Assembly: GCA_021802045.1 (NCBI GenBank)
Contig: JAKABB010000001.1
Span: forward strand, 7,072 to 71,071
DNA length: 64,000 nt
Reading direction: 5' to 3'
Source: a bacterium
GTDB taxonomy: Bacteria > Chloroflexota > Dormibacteria > Aeolococcales > Bog-877
Shown here: positions 46,727 to 54,063 of the stretch, one piece after another
Numbering within the stretch: the first letter of the stretch is position 1
How the letters are laid out: the number at the start of each line of letters is the position of its first letter
Made by a program: the position numbers and the translations under genes
The notes under the pieces: model-generated
Told to the model about the DNA's origin: nothing
The model's database searches: none
Seen by the model: the letters and a program-made list of their open reading frames with translations, nothing else

Positions 46727-47920
46727 ATGGATTCGCTGCGCATCGGGATGGTGGCGCCGCCCTGGTACCCGATCCCCCCCCACGGCTACGGTGGCATCGA
46801 GCTCGTGGTCTCCCTCCTCGTGGATGGGCTGCGGCAGGCCGGGCACACCGTCGTCTGCTTTGGGGCTGAGGGCTCGGGCCCTGGGGTCCGTCCACTTGCC
46901 GCAGCTGAATGGGAGGCGGACCTCGGCGGTCCGGCCGAGGGCTGGCGGAGCGCCACCTACGCGGCTCGGCTGCAGGCGGCCCTCGCCGCTGAGCGTCCAT
47001 TTGACCTCATACACGACCACAGCGGCGGCGCCGGGCTCCTGGTCGCCGCCGCCGCCGGGCGGGGCCCGGTCCTCCACACCGTCCATGGCTCCCTCGACGA
47101 GCCGGCCCACACCTTCTACCAGGGGCTCGCCGCCCGGGTGGGGCTGATCGCCATCAGCCCCAGCCAGCGGGCCAGCGCCCCGGAGCTCCCCTGGTTCGCG
47201 ACGGTCCCCAACGCGGTGGACGTGGACCAGCTCCGTCTCCCCGACGGACGGCCGCCCGAGCCCTACCTCCTCTGCCTGGCCCGAATCTGCCCCGAGAAGG
47301 GCCAGCACCTGGCGATCGCTGTGGCCCGCCGCACCGGGCGGCCGCTGGTCCTGGCGGGGAAGGTGGAGGCGACCGCCTCCTCGCGCGCCTACTTCGAGCG
47401 CGAGATCCGGCCCCACCTCGACGGGGTCCGGGTCCGTCACGTCGCCAACGTCGCCGGCCCCGAGAAGGCCGACCTCCTCGCCCGGGCGAGCGTCCTGCTG
47501 GCCCCGGTCCAATGGCCGGAGCCGTTCGGGCTCTCGGCGGCGGAGGCGATGACCAGCGGAACCCCGGTCGTCGCCCTCCGCCAGGGCGCCATGGTCGACC
47601 TGGTGGAGCCGGGCCGGACCGGATACCTCTGCGACAGTGTGGACGAGATGGTGGTGGCGGTGGCGGCGGCGGTCGACCTCGACCGCGACGACTGCGCCCG
47701 GGTGGCCCGCCAGCGCTTCTCCCCGGACCGGATGGTCGAGGCCGCGGTCCAGACCTATCGGGACCGGCTCGCCGTCTCCCGCTGGGCCGCGGAGCCCCTG
47801 GCCCAGGTGGGGCCGAGCGTCCCCCAGGCGCTGGGGGGGCTGGCTCCCGGCCTGGGGCCCTCGGCGCTGGCTCCGGCCACGCTGCCGGGCCTGGTGCCGG
47901 CCCCTCCCATCCCCTGGTGA
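46727..47920 (+). CDS. Glycosyltransferase family 4 (GT-B, group 1)
   Basis: The ATG at 46727 follows GGGAGGGAG. Contains RIGMVAPPWYPIPPHGYGGIELVV and the EX7E motif (EPFGLSAAEAM). The C-terminal tail is Pro/Gly-rich. Confidence 0.85.
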   Translation: MDSLRIGMVAPPWYPIPPHGYGGIELVVSLLVDGLRQAGHTVVCFGAEGSGPGVRPLAAAEWEADLGGPAEGWRSATYAARLQAALAAERPFDLIHDHSGGAGLLVAAAAGRGPVLHTVHGSLDEPAHTFYQGLAARVGLIAISPSQRASAPELPWFATVPNAVDVDQLRLPDGRPPEPYLLCLARICPEKGQHLAIAVARRTGRPLVLAGKVEATASSRAYFEREIRPHLDGVRVRHVANVAGPEKADLLARASVLLAPVQWPEPFGLSAAEAMTSGTPVVALRQGAMVDLVEPGRTGYLCDSVDEMVVAVAAAVDLDRDDCARVARQRFSPDRMVEAAVQTYRDRLAVSRWAAEPLAQVGPSVPQALGGLAPGLGPSALAPATLPGLVPAPPIPW

Positions 47921-50398
47921 TCAGTCTCCGACCGGGCGCCGCCAGGGGGGCGCACCCCTCACCACGGCCAGGGAGGCGCCCCGGACCTCGGCGCTGAACT
48001 CACTGCTTCCGTCCGCGCGCCGCCAGGCACGCACCCGCAGGCGCCCGGTCCCGACCCGGACGTTGTCCATCTCCAGGCGGGGACACCACGGCGGCAGTGC
48101 CGGGTCCAGGTACACAGTGCCGTTGGGGACGTCGGGCTCCAGCCCGAGCAGGACCCGGGTGGCGTGGAAGATAGAGCCGGCGGCCCAGGCCTGGGGGAGA
48201 TTGGCGCGGGGATAGGGGACGGGAGCGTCGGTCCCCCGCCGAGCCAGGCCGGCGAAGAGCTCGGGCAGGCGCGAGCGCTCGAAGCTCGTGGCTGCGGCGA
48301 GGAGCCCGTCGAGGAGGGCCCACGCGTCCTTGGTGCGCCCATACCGTCGCAGCCCGTCGGCGGCAATGACGGTGTCGTGTGGCCAGACGGAGCCCCGCTG
48401 GTAGGAGTGGGGGTCGTAGGCGGGGTGCTCCTCGCTGAGGGTGCGCAGCCCGAAGCCGGAGAAGAGGTCGGGGCGCAGGAGCCGGTCGGCGGTGCGCTGC
48501 GCCCGGGCCGGATCGAGGATGCCCATCCACAGGCAGTGGCCGGGGTTGGAGGTCTGGGTCAGGACCGGGCGCTTGTTCCCATCGAGGGCGAAGGCGAGCT
48601 GGCCCGGGGGGTCGACCCAGTACCGATCCAGGAACCGGGCCCGGAGATGGTTCGCCTCCCGACGCAGCTGCCGCCCCCGGCCAGGGTCTCCCCAGGCATC
48701 GAAGAGGTCCGCCATATCGCGCTTGGCTCCGTAGACGTAGGCCTGCATCTCGCAAGTCCCGATGGGGTGGGGGGGGAAGCCCCCCGCCTCGTCGAGGACT
48801 CCGTCCTCGGCGTCGCGCCAGCACTGGTTGCGGTAGCCGCCGGGGGCACGCGGCCGGTACTCCTGGAAGCCGTCCTGGTCGGGGTCGCCGAAGCGGTCGA
48901 TCCAGGTCAGGCAGCGCTCCGCGGTGGGCCGGAAGGGGAGGAGGAGTCCGGGGTCCCCCAGCCAGCGGTGGGCGGCGGCGAGGAGCACGAGGTAGAGGGG
49001 AGTGGCGTCGGCGGTGCCGTAGTAAGGGGTGTGGGGGATCTCCCGGAAGCGGGCCCACTCGCCCACTCGCATCTCGTGGCAGATCTTGCCCGGCTCCGCG
49101 TCCCGGACCGGATCGTCCTCGGTCGCCTGCCAGGCCGCGAGCTGCTGCAGGGTCCCGATGGCGAAGAGGGGGTGGGTCGCCAGCGCCTGGAGCGAGGCGA
49201 GAATCGAATCCCGGCCGAAGATGGCGACGAACCAGGGGATCCCGGCCGCCGGCAGCCAGACGTCGCGGGAGAAGCCGTCGAGGGTGAGGCGCAGGGCCGC
49301 GAAGTCGTCGACGGCCTGGTCGTAGGCGTGGAGGAGGCGCGCGTCGGCGGGGGCGATCCGGGCCACGGTCCGGCGCCAGCGCTGCTCGCGCCGTTCCGCG
49401 GGGCTCGGCTGGGCCTGGGCCAGCGGGCAGGCGCCCAAGCGCGGCCGGGCCCGGCTCTTGGGGATGCAGTCGATCTGGAGGCACGCATGCCAGGGGCGCC
49501 CGCGGGCGAGCTCAACCGGAAAGCGCAGGCTGCCGTTGGCGTACCCCGCCCGCAGCCCGCGGGGAGCGATCTGGACCAGGCAGCGGCGGACGAAGCCGTT
49601 GCGCTGGTAGCGGGTGTCGAGACGGTCGGGCGGGCTCCAGACGCTGGCGAGATGGGTCCGGCCCTGCCACCGCTCGGTCCGGACCTCGAAGAGGTCGGCG
49701 AAGTCGGTGCCGAGGGCGAGGTCGAGGACCAGGGAGCACGGGCTCTCACCGTAGTGGCGGACGGTGAGGTCCTCGTGCAGGCGCCGGTCCTCGATGGTGC
49801 GGTCGATCGTCACCGTGATCCGGCCGGTCGGGCCCTCGGCGGTGGACAGGAGCCAGCGCGCGTGGCGGGAGGAGAGCTGGCTGAAGCCGAGGCTGGTGAG
49901 CCGCTGGCCGCTGAGGGTGAGCTGGTGGCGGCTGAGGAAGCGGGTGTCATCGGCGAAGAGCCCCTCAGCGGCGTTGTCGACGCCGATGGCCCCGTCCACG
50001 GCCGCCACCAGGAAGGTGCTGCCCTCGTTGATGGTCACGGCGAGGGGCCCGTGGGCGACGCTGCTGGGCGCGGCGGGCGGGAGCAGGTGCGGGGCGACCA
50101 TGGGGGCGACGGGCTTGGGGGCCGCCCGCGGCACCGGGCCGTTCCCGGCGGGGTCCCACGGCGGCGCGGACCCGGGCCGGGGGGCTGCTGGCACGGGCGG
50201 ATGATCCCACGTCCGGCCGGAGGTGCGCTGCCGGCGAGGCCCGGGGGCAGGCTCATCGGCGAGCGCGCCGACCGATGGGGTCGGCCCGTAGCGGTTCGTG
50301 TGGTGGCTGCCGCGCTCGGGCGGGTTGGCCGCGCCATGGGGCGGCTCCTTGAAGTCGGCGCCGCCCTCGTGGGTCCCGCGCAGCCGCGACGTCGGCAT
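47921..50398 (-). CDS. Glycogen-debranching-type enzyme (GDE N-terminal plus amylo-alpha-1,6-glucosidase domains)
   Basis: Contains LFADDTRFLSRHQLTL (GDE_N), IPWFVAIFGRDS, GKICHEMR, GFQEYRPRAPGGYRNQCWRDAEDG and SYQRGSVWPHD. The start is uncertain (ATG 50398 with GGAAGGG upstream, or ATG 50101). Its stop abuts the GT4 stop (TGATCA). Confidence 0.85.
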   Translation of the reverse strand: MPTSRLRGTHEGGADFKEPPHGAANPPERGSHHTNRYGPTPSVGALADEPAPGPRRQRTSGRTWDHPPVPAAPRPGSAPPWDPAGNGPVPRAAPKPVAPMVAPHLLPPAAPSSVAHGPLAVTINEGSTFLVAAVDGAIGVDNAAEGLFADDTRFLSRHQLTLSGQRLTSLGFSQLSSRHARWLLSTAEGPTGRITVTIDRTIEDRRLHEDLTVRHYGESPCSLVLDLALGTDFADLFEVRTERWQGRTHLASVWSPPDRLDTRYQRNGFVRRCLVQIAPRGLRAGYANGSLRFPVELARGRPWHACLQIDCIPKSRARPRLGACPLAQAQPSPAERREQRWRRTVARIAPADARLLHAYDQAVDDFAALRLTLDGFSRDVWLPAAGIPWFVAIFGRDSILASLQALATHPLFAIGTLQQLAAWQATEDDPVRDAEPGKICHEMRVGEWARFREIPHTPYYGTADATPLYLVLLAAAHRWLGDPGLLLPFRPTAERCLTWIDRFGDPDQDGFQEYRPRAPGGYRNQCWRDAEDGVLDEAGGFPPHPIGTCEMQAYVYGAKRDMADLFDAWGDPGRGRQLRREANHLRARFLDRYWVDPPGQLAFALDGNKRPVLTQTSNPGHCLWMGILDPARAQRTADRLLRPDLFSGFGLRTLSEEHPAYDPHSYQRGSVWPHDTVIAADGLRRYGRTKDAWALLDGLLAAATSFERSRLPELFAGLARRGTDAPVPYPRANLPQAWAAGSIFHATRVLLGLEPDVPNGTVYLDPALPPWCPRLEMDNVRVGTGRLRVRAWRRADGSSEFSAEVRGASLAVVRGAPPWRRPVGD

Positions 50399-50471
50399 GG
50401 TGTCGCCGCCCTTCCGCGGCGGCTGGGAGCGCTCGTGGCGCCCCTGACCCCCTCCTCCCGCGTCCACCCCC

Positions 50472-50518
50472 TTGACAGACAAACGGGTGTTCGCTACTGT
50501 CGACGGTACAGATGTTCG
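50472..50518 (+). promoter_or_regulatory. Promoter TTGACA-17 nt-TACTGT with two LexA-box-like sites
   Basis: TTGACA is at 50472-77 and TACTGT at 50495-500. Box 1, CAAACGGGTGTTCG (50480-93), sits inside the spacer. Box 2, GGTACAGATGTTCG (50505-18), covers the ATG at 50512. Confidence 0.6.
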
Positions 50519-50901
50519 TTTCCGCCCCGCTCCCATCCGCCTGCCATCGCCGGAGCCACTCCCCGGGCCGGGAGCCCCTGGCGGGACCGGCGAGCAGTGG
50601 CCGCCGAGCGCCCCGCGATCGTCGCGCCTGGCGTGGGCAGCGCCGGATGCTGGCCCGGGCGGTGGTGCTGGTGGCCGTGATGGGTGCGGCCCTCACCCAG
50701 GGGGTGTGGGGGCGCACCGTCAGCACCCCCCGGCAGGTGGTGGTGCAGCCGGGACAGACTCTGTGGGGGATCGCGGTCTCACGGTACCCCTCGCAGGATC
50801 CGCGGATCGTGGTGGCGGCGATCGAGTCCGCCAACCATCTGCACGGAGCGCTGCTGCGGCCGGGCTGGACGCTCCGGCTCCCGGCGCTCCCTCCCGCCTG
50901 A
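50512..50901 (+). CDS. LysM-domain membrane protein (Arg-rich N-terminus, one TM, C-terminal LysM); ChiZ/YneA-like candidate SOS division inhibitor
   Basis: Contains a TM helix (MLARAVVLVAVMGAALTQG) and a LysM domain (VVVQPGQTLWGIAVSRY...LLRPGWTLRLP). Codon third positions are G/C-rich from 50512. An alternative start is the ATG at 50647 (84 aa). Confidence 0.75.
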   Translation: MFVSAPLPSACHRRSHSPGREPLAGPASSGRRAPRDRRAWRGQRRMLARAVVLVAVMGAALTQGVWGRTVSTPRQVVVQPGQTLWGIAVSRYPSQDPRIVVAAIESANHLHGALLRPGWTLRLPALPPA

Positions 50902-50947
50902 GAGTCGGCCGTGCGGCCGGGGCCCCACGCCTCGTAGAGTCTGAGCG

Positions 50948-52294
50948 GTGGGCCTCAGTGATGCGACCCGACTGGCACTCGGCCGCCGCCTGCGGCTGGC
51001 CCAGCGGGAGGGGCGGGTGCCGAGCCTGGTGGCGGCCCTGGCCCGGGGGACCGAAGTGCTCTGGTCGGAGGCCGTGGGGTTGGCGGAGGTCGGCGGCAAG
51101 CGGCAGCCGACGCTCGAGACCCAGTACCGCCTGGGGTCCATCACCAAGACGGTGACTGCGGCGGCGATCCTGCAGCTGCGCGACGCGGGCCGGCTGGGCC
51201 TCGATGACCCCTTGGAGCGTCACCTCGGGCCGGGCGCGCACGGCGGTGCCACCATCCGCCAGCTCCTCTGTCATCGGGCCGGGCTGCAACGGGAGCCACC
51301 GGGCGAGATGTGGGAGTCGATGGCGGCCCCCGGGGGGACCGAGCTTCTGTCCCTGGCGGAGACCGCCGAGGTGGTGCTGCCACGCGGGCAGCGATGGCAC
51401 TACTCCAACCTCGGCTTCGGCTTGCTGGGACAGGTGGTCGGCCGGTGTGCGGGCCGTGCCTATGAGCAGGTGGTGGATGAGGGGATCCTGTCCCCGCTGG
51501 GGATGCGACGGACGACCTGGGCTCCGGTGGCCCCGGCGGCTCACGGGTACACCGTCGACCCGTATGTCGACCGGGCCCGGCCCGAGCCGCCGGTGGACAT
51601 CAAGGGCCTGGCCTCCGCCGGCCAGCTCTGGAGCAGTGCCACCGACCTCCTGCGCTGGGGCGCGTTCCTGTGCGCCCCGAGCACGGCCGTCCTGGCACCG
51701 GCGACCGTGGACGAGATGCATCTGCCGCAGGCCATCGCCGATCCCGAGCGCTGGACGCGGGGGTGGGGCCTGGGTCCGATGCTGCACCGGCGCGGCGAGC
51801 GGATCTTCGGCGGGCACAACGGGGCGATGCCGGGGTTCCTGGCATCGCTGGTCTACAGCCGACCGCAGCAGCTGGTGGTGGCGCTGCTCACCAATGCCGG
51901 GTCCGGTATCGACATCGGGGCGACGGCGCTGGACCTGCTCGAGGAGGGCCTCGGCGGCTGGGTTCAGGAGCCGGGCCCCTGGGAGCCCGAGGTGGGGCCG
52001 TCGTCACCGGTCGAGGCTCTGCTGGGTCGGTGGTGGTCCGAGGGGTCGGAGTGGATCTTCCGCCTCCGCCATGGGGAGCTCCAGGCCGTCATGGCCGGGG
52101 CGGCACCGACCGACGAGGTGTCCCGATTCGTCGCCGAGGGGCCAGACAGCTTCCGGACGGTCTCCGGTGGCGAGCGGGGCGAGCGCCTGCGGGTTGTCCG
52201 GGGCCCTGGGGGCGCGGTGATCAAGCTCTACTGGGCGACCTACCCCTTCCTGCGGACCGCCAGCCCGACCGGCGAGGCCACCCCCCCGGACTGA
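50948..52294 (+). CDS. Beta-lactamase-fold serine hydrolase (class C / PBP4*-like family)
   Basis: Contains the SxxK motif in YRLGSITKTVTAAAILQL, YSNLGFGLLG (YxN) and a ~100-aa C-terminal extra domain. Confidence 0.85.
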   Translation: MGLSDATRLALGRRLRLAQREGRVPSLVAALARGTEVLWSEAVGLAEVGGKRQPTLETQYRLGSITKTVTAAAILQLRDAGRLGLDDPLERHLGPGAHGGATIRQLLCHRAGLQREPPGEMWESMAAPGGTELLSLAETAEVVLPRGQRWHYSNLGFGLLGQVVGRCAGRAYEQVVDEGILSPLGMRRTTWAPVAPAAHGYTVDPYVDRARPEPPVDIKGLASAGQLWSSATDLLRWGAFLCAPSTAVLAPATVDEMHLPQAIADPERWTRGWGLGPMLHRRGERIFGGHNGAMPGFLASLVYSRPQQLVVALLTNAGSGIDIGATALDLLEEGLGGWVQEPGPWEPEVGPSSPVEALLGRWWSEGSEWIFRLRHGELQAVMAGAAPTDEVSRFVAEGPDSFRTVSGGERGERLRVVRGPGGAVIKLYWATYPFLRTASPTGEATPPD

Positions 52295-52351
52295 TCGCGG
52301 GCCGCGGGAGCCGGACCGCGGGGCGGTGGCCTCCCGTATGCTGGCGCCGCC

Positions 52352-52807
52352 GTGGCCCACCCCCGCCTGCGCGTGGCCGTCCTCTGCTGCGACCAGGATC
52401 GCATCCTGCTGGTGGAGCATCGTCGGCTGGCGGAGCCGGCGTGGCTGCTGCCCGGCGGCGGCGTGGCGTTCGGCGAGTCGCTGGCGGCCGCGGCGGCGCG
52501 GGAGGTCCGGGAGGAGGTGGGGCTGGCGGTCGAGGTGGGGCCCGCGGTGGCGCTGGCGGAGTCCATCGACCCCGGCGGTGGCCGGCACGTGATCCACCTG
52601 ATCCTCCGGGGACGCCTGGAGCCCGGTCCGGCGTCGCCCGCCACCGACCCGGCGGTCCGGACGGTGCGCTGGGTCCCCCTGGCCGCACTGGAGGACCTGC
52701 GCCTGCACCCCCCCATTCCCGACCTGCTGCGTGCCTGCTGTGCGCAGGCCTGGGACGAGGCGGCGCCCCTGCGGGTCTCCGGCCCGGTGTGGGACCCGGA
52801 GGGCTGA
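52352..52807 (+). CDS. NUDIX hydrolase
   Basis: Contains the Nudix box GGGVAFGESLAAAAAREVREEVGL (GX5EX7REVXEEXGL). Confidence 0.85.
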   Translation: MAHPRLRVAVLCCDQDRILLVEHRRLAEPAWLLPGGGVAFGESLAAAAAREVREEVGLAVEVGPAVALAESIDPGGGRHVIHLILRGRLEPGPASPATDPAVRTVRWVPLAALEDLRLHPPIPDLLRACCAQAWDEAAPLRVSGPVWDPEG

Positions 52808-52816
52808 GGCGCCGAC

Positions 52817-54001
52817 CTAGGCCCTGGGCGCCGGTGAGCGCTCCTCCTCGGGCTTGACGTGGCGGAAGAGCTGGTTGAAGAGCAGGGCGTTCGCGAACTG
52901 CAGCAACCCGGCCAGCTCGAAGGGCAGGGCCAGGTTGGCGGCGGCGAAGAGGTCCCCGGCGAGCAGCGGGCTGGCCGCTACCGTGACCTGGCTGGCAACG
53001 TTCGAGAGCCCGGCGACCCCCGCCCGCTCCTCGGGATCGGCGATGCCCATGACGTAGGACTGCCGGAGGGGCAGGGCGATGCGCTGGATCAGCATGCGCA
53101 CCAGGTAGATCGCGCCAGCCGTCCAGAAGGTGGGCGCCAGGGCCATCGGCACCAGCAGGGCTCCCTGGAGGAGGCGCGCCACGAAGATGGCCCGGACCGT
53201 CCCCAGCCGCCGGGCGATCCGCGCCGCTGACAGGTTGGAGAGGATCGACACCAGGTTGATGGCGGCGTAGAGCAGGCCGATGGTGGCGGGCCCGGCGCCG
53301 AAGCGGCGGTAGAACCAGTAGGTGACGAAGGGGGCGAAGAGGCCGACGGCGACGCCGTTGAGGCCGTTGGTGAGCCACAGCCGGGCCACCAGGCGCCGCC
53401 CGGTCCGGGAGAGGACCCGGCGCCGGCCGCCGGGGCGCGGGCGCGGGCGCGGCCGCTCCCGGATCGGGAGCACCACCAGCCCGGCGACCAGGGCGGCGAG
53501 CCCGATCCCGAGGAACGCCGCCTCGGTCGGGACCAGGTCCCCGGCGCGGTGGGAGCCGAGGGCGGGCAGGGCCACGGCGGCCAGGCTGCCCAGGAGGGCC
53601 CCGAGGGCGGTCCCTGAACTCATGACGCCGAAGAGCGCGGTGCGTCGCCCGGGCGGCGCGATCTCACTGAGGAGCGCCTGCTCGGCGGGGTAGTACGGTC
53701 CGACGACCCCGGCCCCGGCCCCGCTGCCGCGACCGAAGGACCCGACGGCGGCGAGCAGGAAGACGGGAATCGGGTCGCGGCTGAGGGGGAAGAGCACGGC
53801 GGACACGGCCGTCAGGACCGGCAGCCCGACCAGGAACGGCTTGCGGCCGACGCGGTCCGCCAGCAGCCCGACGGCCACTGAGAGCAGGGCCGACACGCCG
53901 CCGACCACGACGAAGAGCCCGCCCAGGGCCACGGGCCCGAAGCCCTGGCGGGCCAGGTCGATGGGTACCACGATCCCGGCCAGGGCCCGGGCCGCGCTCA
54001 T
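52817..54001 (-). CDS. MFS transporter downstream of glgB
   Basis: Polytopic, with MFS motif A (GLLADRVGRKP). The start is uncertain (ATG 54001, or GTG 54007/54016). The 54577 track start runs through the glgB 3' end and is rejected. Confidence 0.8.
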   Translation of the reverse strand: MSAARALAGIVVPIDLARQGFGPVALGGLFVVVGGVSALLSVAVGLLADRVGRKPFLVGLPVLTAVSAVLFPLSRDPIPVFLLAAVGSFGRGSGAGAGVVGPYYPAEQALLSEIAPPGRRTALFGVMSSGTALGALLGSLAAVALPALGSHRAGDLVPTEAAFLGIGLAALVAGLVVLPIRERPRPRPRPGGRRRVLSRTGRRLVARLWLTNGLNGVAVGLFAPFVTYWFYRRFGAGPATIGLLYAAINLVSILSNLSAARIARRLGTVRAIFVARLLQGALLVPMALAPTFWTAGAIYLVRMLIQRIALPLRQSYVMGIADPEERAGVAGLSNVASQVTVAASPLLAGDLFAAANLALPFELAGLLQFANALLFNQLFRHVKPEEERSPAPRA

Positions 54002-54063
54002 GGCCACCCGTGCCACCAGGAGACGGCGGGCCTCAGGCCCCAGCCGGGCGTGGGGGGGCGGGC

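Noticed and set aside
48164-50680. Very long ORFs antisense to well-supported genes. Examples: 48164..50680 (+, 838 aa); 59468..61590 part of the 1186-aa ORF; 57834..59513; 54733..56535; 10819..12489; 18013..19308; 22697..24310; 31050..32999; 37762..39603; 39152..41047; 61529..63394; 52221..53378; 12568..13782.
   Set aside because: Their products are Arg/Pro/Gly/Ala-rich with no recognisable motifs. Each lies opposite a gene with clear family signatures. Stop-codon-poor antisense frames are expected at ~70% GC.
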